Below, piece by piece: positions 7,001-15,410 of a stretch of 32,000 nt of DNA. Under the pieces are notes generated by a model. The model was given only the letters and a program-made list of their open reading frames with translations. It did not search any database and was not told the DNA's origin. Position 1 is the first letter of the stretch. Every line of letters starts with the position of its first letter. Position numbers and translations under genes: made by a program. Source of the stretch: Erysipelotrichaceae bacterium OH741_COT-311 (lineage in GTDB: Bacteria; Bacillota_I; Bacilli_A; Erysipelotrichales; Erysipelotrichaceae); NCBI GenBank assembly GCA_003858585.1, contig RQZE01000002.1, positions 30,001 to 62,000 on the forward strand. Direction: 5' to 3'.

Positions 7001-9672
7001 CAAAGATACCTTATGATACAACATTAAAACCAAAAGAAGTTGCAGTAAATTCAGCTGCTGTTTCTACAAATGGAGTTACTTATGCAGAAGGCAATAAAGT
7101 AAATATTACTTTTGAAAAGTATCAAATTACAGGTACAGTCTTTAAAGACTTTGATAAAGATGGACTTCGTCGTGGGGATGAAGAAGGGATTGAGAATCGT
7201 AAAGTAGAGTTAATGGATGCGACAACAGGTGATATTGCGAAAGATTTTGAAGGCAATCCAATACCGGCAATATTTACGAAAAAAGATGGAAGTTACAACT
7301 TTAATGTCTATAAACGTGGAGAATATCGTGTAAGATTTACTAAAAATGAAGAAGAGATATTTGCAGACCCATCATTTAATAACAACATCAAAGGCAATAA
7401 TATTGAAAGCAAAGCGGAAAATCAAGGGTTAAGTTATGCATTTGCAATAAATCCAACACGTAATTCAGCAATTGCCAATGGTGCAATGGTCTATACCAAA
7501 AAAGATGTCAAGGTCATTAAGGTATCTCAGGAAGATGGAAGTGGTTTACCTAATGCTGAATTTCAATTAGTCGGTGCAGGTTATGATCAACGACAAACAA
7601 GTGATCAACAAGGAAGAGTTGTGTTTAAAAATGTGCCATTTGGTAACTATACATTAAAGGAAGTAACTGCACCGGAGGGTTATGTCAAAGGCATTGATAC
7701 TATGAATGTTGTAGTAGATACCGGTATCTTGCAAGAGGTTCGTGTAGAAAATAAACCCATTGTAGGATCTGTGCAATTTGTAAAACAAGATCAGTATAAT
7801 CCTCAAGTGAAGTTAGAAAATGTAAAATTTGGATTATTTAAAGCCAATGAAACAACCGCAAGTTATGAAGCTATTAGTGGACCTCAGGGTAACGTTGTCT
7901 TTCATGATGTAAAATACGGAACATATTACTTGAGAGAATTAGAAACAATAGCGGGTTATGTACTAGATACGACTTTAAATAAAGAAGTAGTGGTTAAAAC
8001 CGATCAGCAAGTTATAGATCTTGGAATTATAACAAATGAAAAAATCATTAATAAAATAAACTTTCAGGCAACAAAAACATGGGTCAATGGACCGGTAGCG
8101 GATCATACAGCTGTGGATATTGAATTATATCGTAATATTGCAGGACAAGCTCCTCAACTTGTAAATGTAACTCCGGAGAAAACAGGAACAGGACCATTTA
8201 CCTACACTTGGAAGGACTTGCCTGAAACTGATAAATTAGGGAATCTTTACACCTATAGTGTAAAAGAAAAAGGTGTAGTGGGAAATATTGTAACAATTCA
8301 TGGTAATCAATATATTGTTACACAAGTAGGAAATGACATTACCAATACGTTTAGACCAAATACTAGTGATGTTATAGCAACAAAAACATGGGTCAATGGA
8401 CCTAAAACAGATCATACGGCTGTAGAGCTTGAATTATATCGTAATATTACAGGACAAGCTCCTCAATCTGTAAATGTAGTTCCTGAGAAAACAGGAACAG
8501 GACCATTTACCTACACTTGGAAGGATATGCCTGAAACCGATGATCACGGGAATTCTTATACCTATCGTGTAAAAGAAGCAGGTATGGTAGGGAATAAAGT
8601 AACTATTTCAGGTAGAACATATATAGTTACACAGGTAGGTAACGATATTACCAATACTTATGAAAGTGAAAAAATAAGTTTCACTGCTACAAAGATTTGG
8701 GAAAATGGACCAACACAACATCCAACCATTTTATTACAACTAAAACAAAATGATATTGCATATAAACAACCGGTAACACTTACCCATGGAACAACAAACT
8801 ATACTTGGGATGAGTTGCCTAAGACAGATAATCAAGGTGTTGATTATATCTATACGGTAGATGAAGTAGCGGTTCCAACAAATTATAGAAAAGAAATTGT
8901 AAATGCAGGAACAATTAAAAACACCTATGAATCACCAAAGAAAGCAATTTTAGCAACAAAAACATGGGTCAATGGACCTAAAACAGATCATACAGCTGTG
9001 GATATTGAATTATATCGTAATATTGCAGGACAAGCTCCTCAACTTGTAAATGTAATTCCTGAAAAAACAGGAACAGGACCATTTACCTACACTTGGAAGG
9101 ATATGCCTGAAACCGATGAGCAAGGTAATGTGTACACATATAGTGTTCAAGAAGTAGGTGTTGTAGGAAATAAGATTATTATTTCAGGTAGAACATATAT
9201 TGTGACGCAAGCAGGTAACGATATTACCAATACTTATGAAAGTGAAAAAATAAGTTTCACTGCTACAAAGATTTGGGAAAATGGACCAACACAACATCCA
9301 AGTATTTTACTGCAATTACTACAAAATGGTGTAGCATACAATCAACCGGTTACCTTGGACAATGGAACAACAAGCTATACTTGGAATGATTTACCAAAGA
9401 CAGATAATATAGGTGTAGACTATGTCTATAGTGTTGATGAAGTGAAAGTGCCTAAGCATTATCATAAAACCATTGTAGATCATCAAACAATTAAGAATAC
9501 ATATCAACCACCAAAATCTCCAGTTGTTGAAGATGATGAAGATATACAAGTTAAACATAAAATAAGAATACCAAAGACAGGTGATTATACAAATATAACA
9601 TTATATTTATTTGTATTAGCACTTTCTATCTATGGATTAGGATATGTATTCTTGAAACAAGAAGAGAACTAA
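4003..9672 (+). CDS. Cell-wall-anchored surface adhesin with SdrD-B-like, SpaA/prealbumin-like and Cna-B repeat domains
   Basis: 1,889 aa, arranged as follows:
- Signal peptide MFKNKIMLVLLSAFLLLTTMWINTMA.
- Acidic Glu/Thr/Val-rich spacer.
- About 900 aa that I cannot assign.
- An SdrD-B-like unit (YQITGTVFKDFDKDGLRRGDEEG...DGSYNFNVYKRGEYRVRF, from about nt 7120).
- Two SpaA-like units (LPNAEFQLVG...FGNYTLKEVTAPEGYV and VKFGLFKANE...YGTYYLRELETIAGYVLD).
- Five Cna-B repeats (ATKTWVNGP...TYTWKDLPETD...ITNTY).
- C-terminal IPKTG, then a hydrophobic helix and a charged tail. Confidence 0.9.
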   Translation: MFKNKIMLVLLSAFLLLTTMWINTMAESDLESVVEEIETTIIDPNNKEVYAVTEEHVTSVVDEEAHVEVIPVTGEQPENEHALETGNEAETVVEASEETTLIEKEATNEENKLKITLEVINLEADNTTNQNSEFWVETPINAAVNVEVSGTGPTMKEPWIILTVPKLNIIYKPAFVDSQNAYETIQREDASNWYVTYKFRELSGGQLMTFPFPFKFRDEPTRNGNTIDVKLALVDGTSIEETKPVIQEITKTYIAKKQEFEYTNSHITAFAATRYDKDTDVHYYNVSADEGVTNIGEEGKNVEIGFSESIEIPNSITGKASYVRPKNIKIVVHLPEGVEIDGDGLWKFDPVAKTATLVHNNPGVDGNYWARDNKPGKTYWKHLKFKNKNFNEVFEVKAEYYVDAGLDSQRRLPDRAVKVAFQPSYFSPSGSTTVYKDNLNYIGDDPIRFYLEEGAYTIVGDKIYDKREEQTANGLFYQIHIYNSNNGSSVANKDGGIISAVSKVTDFVLTNPNDKRIYYKAFKIDSIIKENNFFDTAKSNEIIQQAINTINNNPNKLYGIDDQGNKTLLKENLKYQEQFVLDDVNHKYSKLELEFSKDIILNNTRMKFNIQAFPSPEEVEKFKNKTYKSKQDYYASVEAIVETGKTITEAEANRKVHRHVNVWAYTSLSPITPKAYINNSSNQTVVFKATGTYVEYFTDGRLSVNFGNWGPLGYEEIKDVKVIQLLPQGFNFVRRKNLYWYTGSIPDPEVIENYKNTGRTAVIYTVPKIKANEGSIDDFYIVSELEATKYAERGNNRVDSFIVYPHNEVIQPTDTSFNYVDELDLDDDGDRNEIFLTTHSFINYIPPLELLVKNQVGYETQNHGLVETGDLGETFYYSLTLFNNTIKSVSKAYLIDVLPYKGDTKIIANPTGEYESRGSVFTTPMTRALEDIPANAAYLDRFEFFYQVTSPTSPFENVRDGVWLTKDQITNFEDVKSFKIVLKDGKEIASKEQITFVVESKIPYDTTLKPKEVAVNSAAVSTNGVTYAEGNKVNITFEKYQITGTVFKDFDKDGLRRGDEEGIENRKVELMDATTGDIAKDFEGNPIPAIFTKKDGSYNFNVYKRGEYRVRFTKNEEEIFADPSFNNNIKGNNIESKAENQGLSYAFAINPTRNSAIANGAMVYTKKDVKVIKVSQEDGSGLPNAEFQLVGAGYDQRQTSDQQGRVVFKNVPFGNYTLKEVTAPEGYVKGIDTMNVVVDTGILQEVRVENKPIVGSVQFVKQDQYNPQVKLENVKFGLFKANETTASYEAISGPQGNVVFHDVKYGTYYLRELETIAGYVLDTTLNKEVVVKTDQQVIDLGIITNEKIINKINFQATKTWVNGPVADHTAVDIELYRNIAGQAPQLVNVTPEKTGTGPFTYTWKDLPETDKLGNLYTYSVKEKGVVGNIVTIHGNQYIVTQVGNDITNTFRPNTSDVIATKTWVNGPKTDHTAVELELYRNITGQAPQSVNVVPEKTGTGPFTYTWKDMPETDDHGNSYTYRVKEAGMVGNKVTISGRTYIVTQVGNDITNTYESEKISFTATKIWENGPTQHPTILLQLKQNDIAYKQPVTLTHGTTNYTWDELPKTDNQGVDYIYTVDEVAVPTNYRKEIVNAGTIKNTYESPKKAILATKTWVNGPKTDHTAVDIELYRNIAGQAPQLVNVIPEKTGTGPFTYTWKDMPETDEQGNVYTYSVQEVGVVGNKIIISGRTYIVTQAGNDITNTYESEKISFTATKIWENGPTQHPSILLQLLQNGVAYNQPVTLDNGTTSYTWNDLPKTDNIGVDYVYSVDEVKVPKHYHKTIVDHQTIKNTYQPPKSPVVEDDEDIQVKHKIRIPKTGDYTNITLYLFVLALSIYGLGYVFLKQEEN
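8062..9503 (+). repeat. Tandem Cna-B-type coding repeats in the order A-A-B-A-B
   Basis: Approximate units are A1 8062-8352, A2 8374-8661, B1 8662-8928, A3 8950-9238 and B2 9239-9503. Perfect DNA identity holds for 8637-8725 = 9213-9301 (89 nt) and for 8101-8170 = 8986-9055 (70 nt). Confidence 0.9.
9568..9669 (+). other. Sortase sorting signal with IPKTG, a non-canonical LPXTG variant
   Basis: ATA CCA AAG ACA GGT (9568-9582) encodes IPKTG. It is followed by DYTNITLYLFVLALSIYGLGYVF (hydrophobic) and LKQEEN (charged tail). Confidence 0.75.
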
Positions 9673-9699
9673 AAAGAACACAAAAAGTGTTCTTTTTAA
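9671..9699 (+). terminator. Rho-independent terminator after the adhesin gene
   Basis: AAAAAGAACAC-aaaaa-GTGTTCTTTTT, overlapping the stop codon. Confidence 0.75.
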
Positions 9700-9847
9700 T
9701 GATTAAAACCTATATTTTGTGACATCTTCATAATTTTTAACAATGTTGAAATCAAGTTTTATGTGTGTTACTTTTTTGGTAGTAAGTTTAAATTAAAATA
9801 ATAAATAAGCAAATTCTATTTTTAGCAAATAGAAAGGATATTTGAAA

Positions 9848-11905
9848 ATGAAAAAGAAAATATATGCTGTAGTTTTTATGCTAACTTTATTCACTGGTGT
9901 GATTTCTGGTATTATTTTTACCAATGCTTCTACCAGATCTGTATTTTATTCTTTAAGATATTGGAGAATGGACAGAATATCAGAAAGTTATACTTTCGAT
10001 TCTACTCTTGGTGAAATAAATACCATAGAATTTCACACCACATTAAATAAAATTGCTACAGAAAATAATTTAGTTATAGTAAAAATCAAATATGGAGAAA
10101 CAGAGGATCTACGTGATGCAGTTTCTATTTATACTACAGATAACAATTCTTACTATAAAACACATGTAATGCTTGCTGATGGTTATGTAAACTTATCAGA
10201 TTCTAAAAATATATATACATTTAATGCAAAAGATAAAAAACAAAGAATTGCCGGAATATTAGGTTTTCATGTTCGCTTAACATCTACCATTAATGATCCA
10301 CAAAATGAAGGTTTTTATAATTTTATAAGTTTAAAAGGAGATATTCAAGAAAATCTTCACTCATTTGAACAAGCCATGATACAAGCTTATCCTAGCTTTA
10401 AAATGTTTCATCAGTATTCAAGCGAAATAGAAAATGAAAAGTTTTCTTTCATTAATTTGGAGCAACTCATTTTCTATAAAAAAATGAAAGTAGCCATTCC
10501 TTTCTTATTGATGATTTTACTTTGTTCCATTTTGTTTTCAGAATCTAAAAAAATATCTCTTTTGAAAATAGAAGGCTATACAAGTATACAAATATTTTGG
10601 AAATTATTTTTTAAGCCCTATTTATTTATATCGTTTTCCTTTATGTGTTTATTTTTATTGGGAAGTGCTATTTATTACTCCGGTAACTTGATAACGGTTA
10701 AATACTTTACTTTTATTTCATTCGCTCAATTTATGCAGATTCATGGTATTACACTTATTTATTCAACCTTACTATTAGGAATCATTAAAGCAATACCGAT
10801 GAAAACGCATTTAAAAGGGAAAAATAACTTGCAAGAAGTATTTTATGGCTCATTACTGTTAAAGGGAGCAATTGTATTTATCTCTTTACCCTTATTATTA
10901 TCAGGGTTAACGAATTTATATAAAACTGTTCAGATGGTTAGTCGTTATCATCATGTAAATGAAAAGATAAAAAATTGGTATATGATGGATACTGAACTAG
11001 AAACTGAATATCATGATGATATTGGTACTGAACGCTATATATCAATTCAAACAAGACTAAAAAAGGATAATGAATTAACCTCTTATGGTAGTGGTCATTA
11101 TTGGGATGAAAATGGTATTGATCCATCCAAGAAGATATATTTTTTTGATGACGTTCAAGTAAAGAAACAGAATCTAGTGGAAGGGGAATTTAAAGAAGAA
11201 GAAATCTATATTTTCTATCGTAAAGGGTATCAATATGAACGTGACTTTTATCAAAAAATGGTACAAGACTATTTAACTACACCTCGAGCAGTAAATATCG
11301 TCGAATATGACAAGAAAATTTATAACAATAGCGTTTGGGATTTATTGTTTACCGATGAGATTGATTATAAAGCACCAATTTTATATATTCCTGTTGAAGA
11401 TGAATACAAAGGACAAATAGCTGGAGCTTCATTTAAATATAATGGAAACGTTTTAGAAGCACAAAATTACTTAACTCAAGTATTTAAGGATGCAGGTTAT
11501 GGACGCACATACTCTATCCGAAGTTATAAAAGTACCTATGATTACTTTTATTATGATAATTTGAAATATTATTTGCATTCTATTGTCTTGATAACAATTA
11601 TCATCGTTTCCGGATATCTAATAGCGAGTTTAATGATTGACATAGACATCGCTAATAACTACAAAAAATATTATATATCCATGGTAGAAGGATTATCTCC
11701 AATGCCTATCGTTCTTTATATGATGAAGATGAGTCTAGTGACAGTTCTAGCAATTGCTTTGTATTCAATTCTTCGTTTGAAACATATAGATATGCAACAA
11801 TTAATGATTTGGATCGGATTTTATTTCCTTTTTGAAGCAATGCTATATATCAAGTTTCATTTTAAATTTAAGAAAGTGAGAAGTACACATGGTCATAGAG
11901 ATTAA
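9848..11905 (+). CDS. Large polytopic membrane protein, permease/immunity partner of the downstream ABC ATPase (bacteriocin-associated DUF1430-like architecture)
   Basis: About 685 aa. The layout is an N-terminal TM, a roughly 190-aa extracytoplasmic domain, a cluster of about four TM helices (residues 215-370), a roughly 200-aa soluble domain, then three C-terminal TM helices. The 3' end overlaps the ATPase gene by 17 nt. I favour the ATG at 9848 (AAAGGA RBS 10 nt upstream). The track uses the TTG at 9842. The family assignment is by architecture and gene pairing, not by alignment. Confidence 0.6.
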   Translation: MKKKIYAVVFMLTLFTGVISGIIFTNASTRSVFYSLRYWRMDRISESYTFDSTLGEINTIEFHTTLNKIATENNLVIVKIKYGETEDLRDAVSIYTTDNNSYYKTHVMLADGYVNLSDSKNIYTFNAKDKKQRIAGILGFHVRLTSTINDPQNEGFYNFISLKGDIQENLHSFEQAMIQAYPSFKMFHQYSSEIENEKFSFINLEQLIFYKKMKVAIPFLLMILLCSILFSESKKISLLKIEGYTSIQIFWKLFFKPYLFISFSFMCLFLLGSAIYYSGNLITVKYFTFISFAQFMQIHGITLIYSTLLLGIIKAIPMKTHLKGKNNLQEVFYGSLLLKGAIVFISLPLLLSGLTNLYKTVQMVSRYHHVNEKIKNWYMMDTELETEYHDDIGTERYISIQTRLKKDNELTSYGSGHYWDENGIDPSKKIYFFDDVQVKKQNLVEGEFKEEEIYIFYRKGYQYERDFYQKMVQDYLTTPRAVNIVEYDKKIYNNSVWDLLFTDEIDYKAPILYIPVEDEYKGQIAGASFKYNGNVLEAQNYLTQVFKDAGYGRTYSIRSYKSTYDYFYYDNLKYYLHSIVLITIIIVSGYLIASLMIDIDIANNYKKYYISMVEGLSPMPIVLYMMKMSLVTVLAIALYSILRLKHIDMQQLMIWIGFYFLFEAMLYIKFHFKFKKVRSTHGHRD

Positions 11906-12533
11906 GAATGTAAAGAAAACATTTAAAGATTTTGTATTATTTAAAGATTTAAACTTAAAGATAGATTCCGGGTTAATTACTTGTATTTATGGTTCCAGTG
12001 GTTGTGGAAAAACAACATTACTAGACATCATCGGACAAATACAGGGATTTGATTCAGGAGAAGTTCTATATGATGGAAAAGCAGTAAAAGGAAAGAAAGA
12101 GAAAACAAAGTTTTTAAGAGAAAAAGTGGGCTTTGTGTTTCAAGATTATGGATTGATTGAAAATGAAACGGTCAAACAGAATTTACAATTGATGTATTGT
12201 GTTAAGAAGAATAAAGAGTTATTAAAGAATGTAAGTTCTATTTTAAAGAAATTGAATTTAGATGAAAGTTTCTTAAATCGTAAAATCTATGGCATGTCAG
12301 GTGGAGAACAACAACGTATTACGATTGCTAAGATTTTATTAAAGAATCCGGATATTATTTTGGCAGATGAGCCAACGGCTTCTTTAGATGAAGAAAACAA
12401 AAAGATTGTATTGGATTTCTTAAAAGAGTATAGTAAGCAAGGGAAAACCGTTATTATTGTTAGTCATGAAAAAGACATCGCTGAGTTCAGTGATGTGTGT
12501 ATTGATTTAGCAAATTTAAAAAACAATAAATAA
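11889..12533 (+). CDS. ABC transporter ATP-binding protein, small MacB/LolD-like type (lactococcin-972-group exporter-like)
   Basis: 214 aa. Motifs present are Walker A GSSGCGKTT, Q-loop FVFQDY, signature MSGGEQQR, Walker B IILADEPTASLD and H-loop VSHE. It is translationally coupled to the upstream membrane protein. Confidence 0.9.
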   Translation: MVIEIKNVKKTFKDFVLFKDLNLKIDSGLITCIYGSSGCGKTTLLDIIGQIQGFDSGEVLYDGKAVKGKKEKTKFLREKVGFVFQDYGLIENETVKQNLQLMYCVKKNKELLKNVSSILKKLNLDESFLNRKIYGMSGGEQQRITIAKILLKNPDIILADEPTASLDEENKKIVLDFLKEYSKQGKTVIIVSHEKDIAEFSDVCIDLANLKNNK

Positions 12534-12538
12534 AGTAT

Positions 12539-12565
12539 AAAAGATTGAATATCTTAGAATCTTTT
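12539..12565 (+). terminator. Weak candidate terminator hairpin after the ABC ATPase gene
   Basis: AAAAGATT-11 nt loop-AATCTTTT. The stem is entirely A/T-rich and the downstream T-run is poor. Confidence 0.3.
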
Positions 12566-12651
12566 AATACCTAAGCATTGTAAATGCAAAATATCAAATT
12601 TATTGCTAAAATGAAAAAACAAAATTTAAATCTAATTATCGGAGGAAGAAA

Positions 12652-13692
12652 ATGATAGAATTAGGAATTTCAACATTTGGGGAAACAACACCCATAGAAC
12701 ATACAAATGAAGTGTTATCTCATGCACAACGTATTACCAATTTAATTGAAGAGATTGAGTTAGCTGATGAAGTAGGGTTAGATATTTATGCTATTGGAGA
12801 ACACCATAGAAGTGATTTTGCAGTATCTGTACCTGAAATGGTTTTAGCTGCGGGTGCTAGAAATACCAAACATATTAAGTTATCAAGTGCCACAACAAAT
12901 ATATCGACACACGATCCTATTCGTGTGTATCAAAACTTTGCAACATTAGATGCAGTTTCACAAGGAAGAGCAGAGGTTATGGTTGGACGTTCTTCTTTTA
13001 CAGAAGGATTTGAATTGTTTGGTTATTCATTGAATAATTATCAAGAATTATTTGATGAGAAATTAGAGATGCTACTAAAAATCAATGAACATGAAATCTT
13101 AGATTGGCAAGGGAAGCACACATATACTGTAAATAAAAAAGGTGTATATCCAAGAGTAGAGGGTAAAAAACTTCCTATTTGGGTTGCTACTGGTGGAAAT
13201 TTAGAGTCATCGGTTAAAATTGCCAGACTTGGTTTACCAATTACGTATGCCATTATTGGTGGTGATCCTATGGCATTTAAAGAAAGAGTGGAAATCTATA
13301 AAGCTGTAGGGCATGCACAAGGGTTTACAGATGAACAACTAAAAGTGGCTATGCACTCTTGGGGTTATATTGCAGATACGGATAAAGAGGCAATTGATGC
13401 ATATTTTCATCCAACAAAAATGTTGGTCGATGCTATTAGTAGAGACCGTGCTCATTGGCGTCCATTAACAAAAGAACAATATTTATATGAAATACAGCGT
13501 GGAGCATTATTTGTTGGAGGGCCTGAAACCGTTGCTAAAAAAATTATTAAAGTAATGGAAGCCTTACAAATGGATCGTTTTATGTTACACCTACCTGTAG
13601 GTTCTATGAATCATCAAGATGTGTTAAAGGCAATTCGTTTATTTGGTGAAAAAGTAGCACCTATTGTACGTAAACATTTCGAAACAAAATAG
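12652..13692 (+). CDS. LLM-class (luciferase-like) flavin-dependent oxidoreductase
   Basis: 346 aa. The N-terminus is typical of LLM TIM-barrel proteins (MIELGISTFGETTP...EIELADEVGLDIYAIGEHHRSDFAVS) with GRAEVMVGRSSF. It is monocistronic, with RBS GGAGGA at 12641-12646 and a terminator downstream. Confidence 0.8.
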   Translation: MIELGISTFGETTPIEHTNEVLSHAQRITNLIEEIELADEVGLDIYAIGEHHRSDFAVSVPEMVLAAGARNTKHIKLSSATTNISTHDPIRVYQNFATLDAVSQGRAEVMVGRSSFTEGFELFGYSLNNYQELFDEKLEMLLKINEHEILDWQGKHTYTVNKKGVYPRVEGKKLPIWVATGGNLESSVKIARLGLPITYAIIGGDPMAFKERVEIYKAVGHAQGFTDEQLKVAMHSWGYIADTDKEAIDAYFHPTKMLVDAISRDRAHWRPLTKEQYLYEIQRGALFVGGPETVAKKIIKVMEALQMDRFMLHLPVGSMNHQDVLKAIRLFGEKVAPIVRKHFETK

Positions 13693-13725
13693 GTAAGAGA
13701 TGTATTTTAAGTTGTAAAATAACAT

Positions 13726-13759
13726 AAAAAGAAGTGAATATGGAAATCACTTCTTTTTT
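13726..13759. terminator. Bidirectional terminator between the convergent LLM gene and the ABC permease gene
   Basis: AAAAAGAAGTGA-atatggaaa-TCACTTCTTTTT has A-/T-runs on both sides. It overlaps the permease stop codon. Confidence 0.7.
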
Positions 13760-15410
13760 ACATTGTAATGTCTTTGTTTTTTGAAAATTTCATAAATAAT
13801 AAAAGGGAAACAATCGTTAATAAGGTTAAGATTGTACTTAATGCAGCTGCAATGCCATAGTTTCCTCTTAATACTTCTGTATAAATGGAAATAGTAAGCG
13901 TTTTTGTTTTTGTAGTATATAGGATAATGGCAGTTGATAATTCACTGATTAAGGTTACCCAACTTAGGATTGCTCCGGCAATGATACCGGAAGCCATCAT
14001 TGGTACTGTGATTTTAAAGAATGTTTTTAATTTACTTGCACCTAAGGAGATACTTGCTTCTTCAATGGAAAGTGGAATTTGTTGTAAAATGGCTACACTT
14101 GATCGAATTGTGTATGGCAAACGACGAACAACCAAAGCAATAACCATCAATAATAGACCACTGATAGAAAAGAATTTATTTTTAAAAGTAATTCCAAAGG
14201 CAATACCAACAACAGAACCCGGAATAATATACGGAATCATGCTTGTAATATCTAAAGTATTTGTTAAAGCATTTTTTCTTCTTACAACAAGGTAAGCAAT
14301 TAAAATAGCAAAGAATAGAATTAACAGTAAGGCAATACCTGGAATTTTAAAGGTATTTATAATGGTATTACCTAAACGTTGGAAAGCTAATTCATAGCTT
14401 TTTAATGAGTATCCTTCCACAAATAATAGGCCTTGTGTGTTTTTAAATGAAGTATATACAACGTACATTTGAGGGATAAATGCAATACCTACTACAATAT
14501 AACAAAACGCATGTACAAGTAGATTTTTTATGCCTTTAAGCGATTTACTTTCAATTGGATGTAGTGCATTCATAGTGAAAGAAAAGCGATTACTTGCATA
14601 TTTTTGCAGTAAGAAAAATACAGCAGTAATAATAATAGCTACAATGGCAATTGCTGATGCAAAGCCATCATCACCTTTCACCTCACTCATAAATTCTCCA
14701 AAAATCAGTACAGGAAATGTACGATATCCTTCCCCGATCAGCATAGGGGTACCAAAGTCAGAAATAGCTCTCATAAATACGAGCAGTCCACCGGCTAAAA
14801 TGGTTGGTATAACTAAAGGAACAATGATTTTAAAGAAAAGTGATATTCCTTCACATCCTAAATTCTTACTTGCTTCAATTAAAGAGTTATCTACATTTTT
14901 TAAAGCTCCTTGTACATATAAGAAGATTAAAGGAAATAATTGACAAACAAATACGAGTAAAATACCGACAAAGCCATAAATTGGAGGGGTGCTGATACCA
15001 AATCCTTTAAAGAAGTTTGTAACTACTCCGTTTCTTCCAAGTAACAAAATCCATGAGTAAGCACCGATAAATGGTGCAGACATACTAGCTAAGATAATCA
15101 TAATTTGTAGAATTTTTTTACCTTTAATTTTATACATGGTAAAAAAATAAGCAAGTGGGGTACCGATACATATTGCTAGTATCATAGTAAAGAAACTAAC
15201 TTTAAAACTATTGATTAAGGTAGAAAAATAATATTGCTTACTAAAGAATTTTGCAAAATAAGCAAAGGTTAATTGACCTGTTGTTTTATCAATGACTGCT
15301 TGATACAAGATGTTACATAACGGCAAGACAAAGAATAAAGCGTAAAGAAATAAAATACCTAATGTTATAAATCCCCAAATATCCAGTTTAAACTTATGAT
15401 TATTTTTCAT
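13758..15410 (-). CDS. ABC importer permease with two fused transmembrane domains (AfuB/ThiP/FbpB type)
   Basis: About 550 aa. Two EAA-loop motifs are present (IEASKNLGCEGISLFFKIIVP and IEEASISLGASKLKTFFKITVP), indicating a duplicated BPD_transp_1 permease. I favour the ATG at 15410, which overlaps the ATPase stop as ATGAAAAATAA. The track start is the TTG at 15422. Confidence 0.9.
   Translation of the reverse strand: MKNNHKFKLDIWGFITLGILFLYALFFVLPLCNILYQAVIDKTTGQLTFAYFAKFFSKQYYFSTLINSFKVSFFTMILAICIGTPLAYFFTMYKIKGKKILQIMIILASMSAPFIGAYSWILLLGRNGVVTNFFKGFGISTPPIYGFVGILLVFVCQLFPLIFLYVQGALKNVDNSLIEASKNLGCEGISLFFKIIVPLVIPTILAGGLLVFMRAISDFGTPMLIGEGYRTFPVLIFGEFMSEVKGDDGFASAIAIVAIIITAVFFLLQKYASNRFSFTMNALHPIESKSLKGIKNLLVHAFCYIVVGIAFIPQMYVVYTSFKNTQGLLFVEGYSLKSYELAFQRLGNTIINTFKIPGIALLLILFFAILIAYLVVRRKNALTNTLDITSMIPYIIPGSVVGIAFGITFKNKFFSISGLLLMVIALVVRRLPYTIRSSVAILQQIPLSIEEASISLGASKLKTFFKITVPMMASGIIAGAILSWVTLISELSTAIILYTTKTKTLTISIYTEVLRGNYGIAAALSTILTLLTIVSLLLFMKFSKNKDITM

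Noticed and set aside
9673-9841. Tiny ORFs of 7 and 17 codons (MLKSSFMCVTFLVVSLN) upstream of the immunity-like gene, considered as a possible hidden bacteriocin precursor.
   Set aside because: They are far too short for an Lcn972-type precursor. They have no RBS and no leader or double-glycine motif, and they are probably chance ORFs in an AT-rich spacer.
13885-14943. Two plus-strand ORFs of 136-137 aa inside the ABC permease gene.
   Set aside because: They lie antisense to a permease with two clear EAA loops. They are typical shadow frames of an AT-rich membrane-protein gene and have no RBS.
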